A stretch of DNA of 64,000 nucleotides from Schizochytrium sp. TIO01 (lineage: Eukaryota; Protista; Bigyra: Labyrinthulomycetes): assembly GCA_004764695.1 (NCBI GenBank), contig SMSO01000025.1, positions 2,914,001 to 2,978,000 on the forward strand, in the 5' to 3' direction. The notes under the pieces are model-generated. The model searched no databases. It worked only from the letters and a program-made list of their open reading frames with translations, and had not been told where the DNA came from. The translations under genes were made by a program, and so were the position numbers. This document shows, in pieces, positions 48,876 through 58,940 of this stretch. Position 1 is the stretch's first letter, and each line of letters opens with the position of its first letter.

Positions 48876-49859
48876 CTAACTATGGTGCTCCTTGTAGTAA
48901 GGAATAACAAGTTGCTCAATGACATCCCATACCCCAGGCAACACATACGCAGCATTGTTGGTATCGTGACCCTTCTTATAAACACCAGTTTCAAGCAAAA
49001 CGCTGCGAAATGGCTCACCAGTATTGTTTGCACCTGCTACATCGGCATCTGGGTTATCACCAATCATGAAGATACGCTGCATGGGCTGTCCATTCTGATT
49101 CTCCAAAAGTTTTCTAGCGTAGTTAAAGGTAACAGCATGCGGTTTACCAAATCGCCCAACCTGAAGCTCTGTACCTCCTGTACTTTTTCGAAACAAATTG
49201 GCTAGTGTCTCAAGAAAGGCTCCCTGTGCAAGGCGTGGATGCGGGTATGCTGATGCGTATATGAAGTCCTCATTCGAGTTAAAAATAGGCACGACCTGGG
49301 TGCGGTGCGTTGGATCGTCTGCAGGATTGTTTAGTGCCATCCGGATCGGGTCACGACCCAAGAGAATGTCTAGGCAAACCTGGACCTCAACGTGCCAATC
49401 CATCGGGTCGTGCATGACCAAGAGAGCTTCGACGGGATCGTTTGCAAACTTATCCTCTTCCGAGTCAGGGGCAGCCTCGCGAAAGGAGTACAAATCCGGA
49501 TGCTGGGAGTGGAATTTCTGCGGCGTAGTCATTTTGGTAAAACCATACTCGCGAGCTACATCAACTTCTTGGCGGCAACCAAGAATCATCACGCGGCGAT
49601 CATGGAATTCAGGCACTAGGCTGCGCATTGGGCTGTGAGCCAGAACGACTTGGGAAGCGTCAACAGGGATTTCAAGCCTCTCCGAAAGAGTTGCAGCACG
49701 ATCCCTCTCAAAATGACCTCCACCATTTGTCAAGAACACAAAAGGCACACCCATATCTCGCAAGGTTTTCACGGCCTCGCGAGCACCCGGGAGAACACGT
49801 TTGCCACGAACCAAGACACCATCGATGTCGAAGCACACGCCCACACTCGACCTTAACAT
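48876..49859 (-). CDS. HAD-superfamily subfamily IIA hydrolase, HDHD5/CECR5-like, 327 aa
   Basis: Motif I FDIDGVL, motif II FLTNGGG, GKP, motif IV MIGDNPDADVAGAN; first ATG at 49859. Confidence 0.92.
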   Translation of the reverse strand: MLRSSVGVCFDIDGVLVRGKRVLPGAREAVKTLRDMGVPFVFLTNGGGHFERDRAATLSERLEIPVDASQVVLAHSPMRSLVPEFHDRRVMILGCRQEVDVAREYGFTKMTTPQKFHSQHPDLYSFREAAPDSEEDKFANDPVEALLVMHDPMDWHVEVQVCLDILLGRDPIRMALNNPADDPTHRTQVVPIFNSNEDFIYASAYPHPRLAQGAFLETLANLFRKSTGGTELQVGRFGKPHAVTFNYARKLLENQNGQPMQRIFMIGDNPDADVAGANNTGEPFRSVLLETGVYKKGHDTNNAAYVLPGVWDVIEQLVIPYYKEHHS

Positions 49860-50657
49860 TTTGTTTGCACTACGCTTGAGGTTGGCACTAACTATAAAAT
49901 CACCGTCTTCAAGCACCGAATGGACCTCTAGTCCTTCACTCGTCTTAGCTGCAATCCCCACCAAATCTCAACACTTGATTGTACGGTTTTGCAGCAACTC
50001 AGCATGGCAATGTTGTGTGCTCTGAGAAATTCAACGACGCTCAGCTCAACAAGACGCTAGTAGTACTATCTAATATTTTGACTAGGTAAATAGAACAATA
50101 CACATAGAATTCGGTCACTCGAAATATAAGATGATGACCTTGAGTTTTAAAGCACTTGGAAACGTTTGCTGTCTTGTCAGGCCAACCTTCTGGCAGCAAA
50201 TTCAAGTGTAGATCGCAGTCGTCAGCAAGAAATAAACTGCTAAATCAATTCTTCCAGATTTTTGCCGTAACATATTTTCCAGGTTCTTGGTAGACAGCGT
50301 GATCTCAGACCTGACGAATTTAGCCATCAGGTGCTGTAGCATAATCTTCTATTTACAGATTCCTGTCCTGCGTCGCAAAATGATCGACTTCGGAAAAGCC
50401 TTTTTTCATATCGGCATTCCTGACTATGCATGTGACTTTGTCTATTCATTCAATAAATTAGTAAGTTTTATTCCCTTCAATCATTCCATTCATTCCATTC
50501 AATTGATCACTCGCCAATAAAAACAACATTAAAACCAAATCAAATTATATCTCAGCACGCCAAGGCTGAGAACGGATCTCGAAGTGGAGTAGCTAAAGCT
50601 AAGCCACAGAACCCTACGAAGCAAGTTTGGTGCTCGCTCCTCCCTCCCACTAGTGCC

Positions 50658-52169
50658 ATGGACGTGCAGGATGCCATATCCACTCTAGTGCGGCGGCGCG
50701 GTGAGATGTTTAGTGGCACGGATCCAACCGGCGATGGTATGGGCTTACTCGGCTCCGGTCCAGAGAACAGCGACTGGCGCAACCGTCGCATGAAGCTTAA
50801 GCTTGGTGCGGAGTACGCTGACATGGCCACTCTTGCAAACGCGGCTGCTGCTAGAGACGCCTCGAGAGCTCACTTAAAAAGCAAGATAAAGGCTTCACAG
50901 AACATCGCAGAAACCACGAAATCTGAAGCCCAGGTTGCAGCAATTACTGACTCCGGGAGCACAGAAGCAGTTGGTGGCAGTTCTAAAGACTTGGATGATA
51001 AGAACAGTGTTGGCCATGAGGCTAAGTTGCAGCTTGTGCTTGCAAATGAAACGAAACCAGGATCAGCGAAACGCAAGTTGGACGATAGATTACGCAGACT
51101 TGGCGCTGCAGACCTTGTAGAGGAGGAATCCAAGGCGATGAGATCCAGGAGAAAAGCTCCAGAACCAATTCGGCCGAAATGGCATGCTCCATGGAAATTA
51201 CACAAGGTTTTGCCAGGACATTTGGGTTGGGTTCGCTGTGTGTCAGTGGACCCATCGAATAAATTCTTCTTCACGGGATCGGCAGATCGTACTATTGTAT
51301 GCTGGGACCTTGCAAGCGGAGTTCGGAAAGTCACGCTCACGGCACACTCGCACGGTGTGCGGGGACTTGCCAGCAGCGAAAGACACCCGTATCTCTTCAG
51401 TGTTGGTGAGGATAAGACTGTGAAGTGCTGGGATCTCGAGACAAACCGTGTCATTCGAGAATATCATGGACACCTCCAGGCCGTGCACTCAGTAGCACTG
51501 CACCCAACACTTGACGTATTAGTTACAGGAAGTCGCGATGCCTCAGCAAGAGTTTGGGACATGCGCTCGCGGAAGGAAGTCCATCTACTCACAGGGCACG
51601 AGGATAGCGTAGAATCACTTATAGTTCAGGGTTCCGACCCACAGATTATCACGGGATCTATGGATAAGACCATCAAGCTTTGGGATCTCGCAGCAGGCAA
51701 GGTTATGACCACACTCACCAATCATAAGAAGGGCGTACGTGCGCTCGCGCGTAACCCTAATGAGTTTTCGTTTGCCTCAGGTGCAGCCGACTGCATTAAG
51801 AAATGGCAATGCATGGATGGGCGGTTTATGCTTAATATGAAGGGCCACGACTCAATTGTCAATGCACTATCTGTGAATAACGATGATGTACTCTTTTCTG
51901 GCGCCCAGGATGGTACTATGTGCTTCTGGGACTGGTCTAGCGGACATTGTTTTCAGACTTTGCGAACTACGCCTCAACCAGGTTCTCTGGACAGCGAGGC
52001 TTGTGTTTTGGCATCTGCCTTTGACATTACCGGTTCTCGCCTTATTACTTGTGAGGCAGATAAGAGTGTTAAGATTTGGAAACAAGATCGGGAAGCAACT
52101 GAAGAGAGTTTCCCCTTGTCATGGGATCGAGATGCAGCAGCTAAAGCTCTCCTTGATGATCGGTATTAA
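50658..52169 (+). CDS. PLRG1: Pleiotropic regulator 1 / Prp46 (WD40, NineTeen spliceosome complex)
   Basis: [68 protein letters not shown]. Confidence 0.96.
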   Translation: MDVQDAISTLVRRRGEMFSGTDPTGDGMGLLGSGPENSDWRNRRMKLKLGAEYADMATLANAAAARDASRAHLKSKIKASQNIAETTKSEAQVAAITDSGSTEAVGGSSKDLDDKNSVGHEAKLQLVLANETKPGSAKRKLDDRLRRLGAADLVEEESKAMRSRRKAPEPIRPKWHAPWKLHKVLPGHLGWVRCVSVDPSNKFFFTGSADRTIVCWDLASGVRKVTLTAHSHGVRGLASSERHPYLFSVGEDKTVKCWDLETNRVIREYHGHLQAVHSVALHPTLDVLVTGSRDASARVWDMRSRKEVHLLTGHEDSVESLIVQGSDPQIITGSMDKTIKLWDLAAGKVMTTLTNHKKGVRALARNPNEFSFASGAADCIKKWQCMDGRFMLNMKGHDSIVNALSVNNDDVLFSGAQDGTMCFWDWSSGHCFQTLRTTPQPGSLDSEACVLASAFDITGSRLITCEADKSVKIWKQDREATEESFPLSWDRDAAAKALLDDRY

Positions 52170-53232
52170 AAAAGGCGAGACGATCTGTTCTATTACGAGT
52201 CGCAGTGCTATGCGAGGGCTTTTCCTTCCTTTTGTGTCTTCTTTCTGCTAGTTTGCACTAGTTCAATATTACCAAAAGCCAAAATGCGTCTTGTTGAGAA
52301 TGGCAATAAAAAGAATGAAGCGATGAGCAAATTACGTTATAATTTCTGAAACCAAAGAATGGATAGAGTTCCCTTGAAAGCCTGAAGATACTGCTTTATG
52401 CAAGGAGTGGAAATTTGTTTTTACTACTTCAACTTCAAATTAAGATGAACGATGACTTTCTCAGTTAAATTTTGGTACTAGCTTTTGAATGAAAGATGAG
52501 AAACTCGGACATTCTCGTACAGATCAGAGTAAAGCTTATTTGATAGAAACTTGACTGATGTAAATGTGTAGGGTTTTAATATCCTGAATCAAAAAGCATT
52601 GATTTGAAACGCTGGGCCCTAAATAATGCACGCTGTGCTGTTTGAAGTTAAGACTTACAAATACTACTACTAATTTTTAATTCTTTTCATTGTTACTTTA
52701 ATTAAGTGCAAATGATTCCTATTGCTTTACTAGAATTCCCTAAAGGATGTGCTAAATAATGGAAATGTAGCATATCGTTCTCTCTCATTCACAGAAGATT
52801 TTATTTATTTATTTTCCCAAAGGAGTGTGAAATGATGTTCTGCCAAACAAATGTAACTATCACTCGGTTTTAATCTTGCCTTCTCAGGCGCCAATAATGA
52901 AGGCAACGGCATTGGATACTGATGTGTTTAAAAAATAAACTGCAAATTGCAGCGAAGTGACTTGATACAACATTATGACGTCAGCCATTGCCCAAGATCA
53001 GGCAAATACTAAACAAACAATAAAAAATAAAAACAATAAAAAGACAAGGTTTTCACACAACTCATCACAAATGCTTCTCAAGGGGCATTTCGTGCGAGTG
53101 CTATGGATTTCCGTCGACCCGTCCGCACAATGGTTCACATGCTTGTCTATGAGGCCACAATAGCTTAAGTTTACTGTCACAAAATATTAGTTCAAGACGC
53201 AATACTAAAGAAAGTCGAAAAGTAGCGAACAT

Positions 53233-55887
53233 TTAAATCTCGTATTCTTTGATCTCCCACGAGCCGCCGAGGTTTGGTGTCACCTCAATTAACTTATGCA
53301 AGGGTACCTTGATCTTCATGGCCTCCTCCACAGGAGCGCCAAGAAAGTAAGCTAAGAGAACCTGGATGCAGCTTACGTGTGATACAATTAAACACGGTGC
53401 AGTTTGCTGCTCCACCTCAATCAATACTGGCTCGAGGCGCGTCACCAGATCAAGGTAGGATTCTCCACCAGGAAAGCGATGTGTATATGGGTGTCTTTTC
53501 CATGATTCGTAGAATTCTGGGTGCAACTTTTGGATAGCATCCATTGACAAACCGCCAAGCTCACCCTTATTCAAGGGGTTAAGCATAGGGCAAAGTTCAA
53601 CAACGGTCGACTCATCCAACTTCGACGTGGCGATATCTGCGGTTTGCTGAGCACGAGGCAAAGTTGAGCTAAGCAACTTCAAGACAGCACCGCGCTGGCG
53701 ACGACCATCAGCACGTCGGACTTCACGACGACGGTCTGAGCTAAGAAGGCCAGAAGAAATTCCATCGGCATCAATATCACGAAGGCTCTGAAGGTTACTC
53801 ATAGACGAAAACGCACGGCCCAAAGAGTTCTCATGAACACCCTCACCGGCCTCCTCCTCCACAAGAGCCTCGGCATCATCCGCGTCAAGATCCTCATCAT
53901 GGCGCACCCAAACAGCAGTCTCCAGCCAACTGGCAAGTCGTTCAGCAAATTCGTGGCCCAGGTGGCTAAGTTTAGAGGCCTTTGATTCTGTAGATGGGTC
54001 TAGGAAATCAAACTCCGCTGGCCACTGTTTCAAATTTGAGATGGCGGAGTCCTCGGCAAGTCCAGCACGGACAAAGTAGATCGGACGCAAGCCCACATGA
54101 AGTGATAACATGTATGGCAAAATAGAACGAGCCAAACGTCCATAAATTTTGTTGGCTAGCATCTTACTGGACATGTTATAAATCTTAATGTAGGATACGT
54201 CTTCGTCAACTGGTTCGTATGCCTTTTCATATGCTGCAATGCGCGCGCGCAAATCACCAAGTGCCTTTTCCTCATCCATACCCTCAAAGTCTGGTGAGTT
54301 GCGCACCTTGGAAAGCAAGTTCTCCATCAGCACCTCTTCGTCATCACAGATCACCTCAATGAAAACAACGCTCGCAATACCCTTGGCCTGTTCCACAATC
54401 CACCGACGACGAGCCCGAGTACTGTTAGTGGCATCGAAGATACCAACTGCTGTATTTTTAGATTTGCTAAGGTATGCTAAGAGGTCGCTCAAAGCGCGGT
54501 TCGCGGCTTCCTGACGGACACGAGACCCCTCCTCGTTTGAGGTCTCAAAAAAGTTGGCATTATCGTTGGACCCTTCCTGTTGGGAATCGTGGTCTGAGTC
54601 TGATTTTGCACGCCGCTCACGACGATATTTGCCAGCGTTGAAGATGCGTGCACGACTGTTACGCCAGCACAAGAACCGTTTCAACTTGCGGGCTGTGAAT
54701 GATTTACCGCGGGCAGGTAAGCCAACCATGACAACGACTAATTTACTGGCATCTTTGGTAAGGGCATCGCGCTCGTTCATAATCATAAGTGTACGGCTAC
54801 GCGTGGTTTCACGGCTACCATTGTAATATCTACTCTTATCTGTGTTTACAATTGCGGTAGCTGTGGAGGCAGATTGAACCACACCGAGAGTTGCTGCACC
54901 AGAGAATACAGGCCTCACCGGAAGACCACTAGAAGACCGTACGCGTGCCATAACGCTAGCACTGGAGGCGGGGCGGGGTGGGGGCACAAGAACATGCGGC
55001 ACAGCACTGTCCAAGCCACCTTCTGGATCTTCTTCAAGCAGAAGAGGACTTCCCTCCTCAAGAATCGTGCTCGCACAAGGAGAAAAGGTTGCTGTGGTAG
55101 ACCGCACAGACAAACCATCATCGGTTATATCAGAATGCGCGTCACTCTCGTGTCCTGTAAATACATTTTCTGCCATTCCACCTGCTTTGAAATTTCCCAA
55201 GGTACAGCTAAGAACGTGTTTCACTTTTTCCACACGCACGCAGACATCAACCCAGTCACGTTCGGTGTTCTTCACGTCGAAGACGTTAAACGCTTTATTG
55301 CCGCGACTACGGTTGACTTGACCAACAATTTTGATGCCAAGATCAACTTCCAGCAAAGAAGCAATCTCACCTAGCACACCGGGTACGTTTTCGTTAATGA
55401 TGCAGAGGCGTAGAGGGGCAGTGTCCTTATAAATTTGACCAGTTTGGGCATTGAAGGCGCCGAGGGAGACACTACGAACACCAGAAATCTTTTCAACTTC
55501 AGCAACCACTTCGATGGCTTGGTCATGGTCCACTTCAATATCCACTACTTGGAAAACAAGATGTCCACGCGCCTTGCATGTGTTACCTACGATGTTGATG
55601 CCGCATTGGCCAATGCGGGTCGTGATATGAGCAAGTAGACCAGCATGGTCTTCCTCAATAATACACAAACGTTGCACAGAAATGTGTGGGGATTCTTGAT
55701 GCGAAAGTCGTCTATGGATAGGAGCATCATATACCTGCGCAGAGAGGTGATTAAACTCTGGAGGGGGGGAGACTTTATAGCTACCATTCACGATGCTGCC
55801 GTCAACTGGTGTCGCGACCTTGGCCTCCTCAGAGTTCATGGTGAGTCGTGCCTCGGTCGCAGTAACCTTCGCTTCTGAGGAGTTCAT
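53233..55887 (-). CDS. 6-phosphofructo-2-kinase with tandem N-terminal ACT domains and a degenerate fructose-2,6-bisphosphatase domain
   Basis: Kinase motifs MVGLPARGKS, FNAGKYRR, IFDATNST..RR, FIEVICDD, SPDF; PGM-fold remnants FPGGESYLDLVTRLEPVLIEVE and IVSH; ACT repeats at ~55459-55674 and ~55195-55416; ATG at 55887 (alternative 55839). Confidence 0.93.
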   Translation of the reverse strand: MNSSEAKVTATEARLTMNSEEAKVATPVDGSIVNGSYKVSPPPEFNHLSAQVYDAPIHRRLSHQESPHISVQRLCIIEEDHAGLLAHITTRIGQCGINIVGNTCKARGHLVFQVVDIEVDHDQAIEVVAEVEKISGVRSVSLGAFNAQTGQIYKDTAPLRLCIINENVPGVLGEIASLLEVDLGIKIVGQVNRSRGNKAFNVFDVKNTERDWVDVCVRVEKVKHVLSCTLGNFKAGGMAENVFTGHESDAHSDITDDGLSVRSTTATFSPCASTILEEGSPLLLEEDPEGGLDSAVPHVLVPPPRPASSASVMARVRSSSGLPVRPVFSGAATLGVVQSASTATAIVNTDKSRYYNGSRETTRSRTLMIMNERDALTKDASKLVVVMVGLPARGKSFTARKLKRFLCWRNSRARIFNAGKYRRERRAKSDSDHDSQQEGSNDNANFFETSNEEGSRVRQEAANRALSDLLAYLSKSKNTAVGIFDATNSTRARRRWIVEQAKGIASVVFIEVICDDEEVLMENLLSKVRNSPDFEGMDEEKALGDLRARIAAYEKAYEPVDEDVSYIKIYNMSSKMLANKIYGRLARSILPYMLSLHVGLRPIYFVRAGLAEDSAISNLKQWPAEFDFLDPSTESKASKLSHLGHEFAERLASWLETAVWVRHDEDLDADDAEALVEEEAGEGVHENSLGRAFSSMSNLQSLRDIDADGISSGLLSSDRRREVRRADGRRQRGAVLKLLSSTLPRAQQTADIATSKLDESTVVELCPMLNPLNKGELGGLSMDAIQKLHPEFYESWKRHPYTHRFPGGESYLDLVTRLEPVLIEVEQQTAPCLIVSHVSCIQVLLAYFLGAPVEEAMKIKVPLHKLIEVTPNLGGSWEIKEYEI

Positions 55888-58838
55888 TGCAAGCCAACCA
55901 GTCAAGTCACAAAGTACTAGCGAATATATGACGCAACGAGGAGTCGAGTCTTATGTGCTGCGCGGAAGAGCCTTGCTTTTACAGCTGTGTGCTACTATCA
56001 GATTCCCAAACTTCAAACACGAATCTTCTTCTGACGCGCAATAACAACCGTCTTGAAGCTAGTCAAAGAATACCAGCAAGTTCCAGACGATAGATTAAAA
56101 CCTTGTGCCAGGTTTCCACAGAGGTCAGAACAACGGGTGAGCAAATTATGCCTTCGCAGTAGCCCTCGTCTGTTGCTTCCCAAGTTTTTCCTCCACCGAC
56201 GTGCGATGCTGTGATGACGGACAAAGAGCGACGCTAACTATGTGAAACCCCAGTTCAAAGGCGAAGATGCAGAGGATGACAGCAAGACTGGCACCGCCGC
56301 GCTTTGGGTTTTAGCGCTGTCAGGTCAAACAAAACAAAGGCAGACTCCTTCAGGCTGCCCAAGTTGCAAAGAATGCTGCGCTGACGAAGAACAACAGAAA
56401 ACAGAGAAACAAATAGACGATGGACCCGCGATGGCCTGGCGAGCGGCGCGGGAGCTGACTAGAGCCGACTTAAGCTTCAAAAAGGCGATCAGCTTCGGTG
56501 TCAAGGCACTCGGCTCGTCGCAAGCGAGCCTTCGTTTTCAATGCGCCCCTTCTGCTCTGCCGTAGCTCTCCGCGAGGCAGGCAGCAGATCGATCTATCGA
56601 TTAAATGATTGAATGATTGATCAATGACTGAAAAGAAAGGAATGAATAAATGAATGCAACTCACGAAAGTATTTCTTACCCAATTTAAACCTTTTACCTA
56701 AGACCCCTATAGCGCCTCTTACCAACTAGTAATTTGAATTTCCATTTTCTTGTTTTTTTTTTTTCTCTTTTTTCTCTCCTTAAATAAAAACCAAAAACAA
56801 GAGTTATAATTTTTAGTTTTTATTTTTGTTTGAAGCAAATTTGAATTTTCAATCAAAGTTTAATTGAAAACGTTTTCCGCTTTTCTCTATAGGTACCCAC
56901 TTACTTCGCGCGCTTAGGCAGAAAGCTAGCACTGATTGACGAACTTTCATCGCTCATGAATGAATGAATATTCATCGCTCACGATAGTGTTAGTTAGTTC
57001 TTTATCAAAGCCAAAAGAGTCGAGAAGGAGAAGATGCTCTCTGAGGTCGATCTGCTTTCTCACGTGCAGGACTGTCACTCACTCACTCACTCGCGTGCTC
57101 CAACGTTCTCGCAACGATGCCCAAACGGTCCTCCTTTATCCTGGGCGCCTCCACTTCGCCTGTGAGCAGTGGCTTGGCTTGCCTCGGCTTGGCTTGGCTT
57201 GGCTAGACTTGAAGAAGCAGGAGTCTGCTGTTCTCTCCTGATTCTTCGTCGCTGGGATTTTGTCTTTTTCTTGTCATTTCATTTCTTTACAAATGATCGT
57301 GTGTCTCTTTCTCTCTTTCTTTCTCTCTTTCTTTCTTTCTTTCTCTCTTTCTTTCTCTCTTTCCTTCTCTCTTTCTCTCTTTCCTTCTTTGACGGATAGA
57401 CAGACATGCAAAGAAAGAACACCTCAATGAAGGAATGAATGCAGGAAAGAGAGAGAAAGCCTCGAAGTTCTCCCTGCATCTTCTCCTTCCCGAGGCGAAG
57501 CCGTCCCCGTCTTTCGAGAGGATGATCTTTCGGGCATCGAAATGCCGTCGCATACGATGCGGATGCGCTGCTCCCCCATGGACGTCGCCCGCAGACGGCC
57601 AGGAACCACGCCAGCTCCAGCGCTGCGGCTTCGCTACGACTGCGAGATAGAGAGAGAGAGATGATAAGATGATAGACACGATAGGATGGGCCTAGGAGGT
57701 GCTAGGCACCTACCTACCTATATACTGCCTATATACCGCCTATCTATCTCATGGATTGCCAATTCGATTCTTTTACCATCTCTTCATATTTGACCGCCAT
57801 TGCAGACAAAACAAAACAAACAGCAGGAGGCAGGCATCCACGCGGCGGCTTTGCGTCACAGATGCCTTGCTTGCTTTGCATCGTAGAGAGGGTCCCATTT
57901 GCTCTGCTGTCCACAGAACTGGCCTCACTCACGGCATCGGCATTGATTGCAAAACCCAAAGTCTTTCACTGTTGTGCGCTTATTTTCGTGGCTCTTTCTC
58001 TTTCATTCCTCTCTTCTCTTCTCTTCTCTTCTCTTTCCAATAGATTCATTCCTTTGGTGTTCTGTTCTTTGCCGATGTACCAAGCCTCCGCCTACTACTT
58101 CTCCTAGCTGAAGCCTACTACCCGTTTGAGGGCTAAGTGCCCCATAGTGACTGCTAGGCGCATTGCCACGAGGTGCTACGCGGAAAGAAGGCATTGGTTA
58201 TTTGCTTTGTGAAGAAGATGCCATGACTCCGGTGATCGATTGGCGTCTAATTGTTTCTTGAAGGCAGACCAGTGCACCGAAACCATGGCTTTTAAGCTCG
58301 AGTTTAGGACGCAAACTTCAAGGCCAATGACATCTCGTTTTTCTGAAGTCGGAGAAGCAGAGAGAAACCAACGACTGAGGAACGAATATTTTGATTTCGT
58401 TCGTTGTTTTTAAAAAAAATAAAAATTAAAAAGCTTGTACTGGTTTTAATTAAAAAACAAAAACAACAATAATTATATTCTAATTAATTTAGAAACATCA
58501 TCACATCATTCCATTAAGGCATCAGTGCATTTTGTGAAAAGCTATTTCTTGGTCTTTTAACTTGTATTATTTCTATCTGTATATGCCACAGAGAGTTCAC
58601 CACCTTCGTTCGTCCTCCCTTTCTCTGGCCAGAGCATGGGCAAAGCAAAGATGGTAAGGAAGGTGCCGCGACCGCTGCTTGCCGCTCGATCTCTTGAGGT
58701 TTGACCTTTTGCGATAGCGCAGAAAGAATTGGCCTCCTCCCTCGAATTACATGCACTCACTCGAGTGAGTTCCTCACTACCTTTCTCTTCCTTTGCTGCT
58801 TATTTTTCCTTCTTTCCCTTTCAGGTTCCTCCAAAGGA

Positions 58839-58940
58839 CAAACAAGAACAAACAAAGCAAACAAAGCAAACAAAGAAAGCAAATAAAACAAGAGCAAACA
58901 GAACAAACAAGAACAAACAAGAGCAAACAATCAAGCAACA
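58839..58940. repeat. Degenerate ACAA/AGCAA-based compound repeat
   Basis: Run of aacaaacaag/agcaaacaa variants read directly from sequence. Confidence 0.75.
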
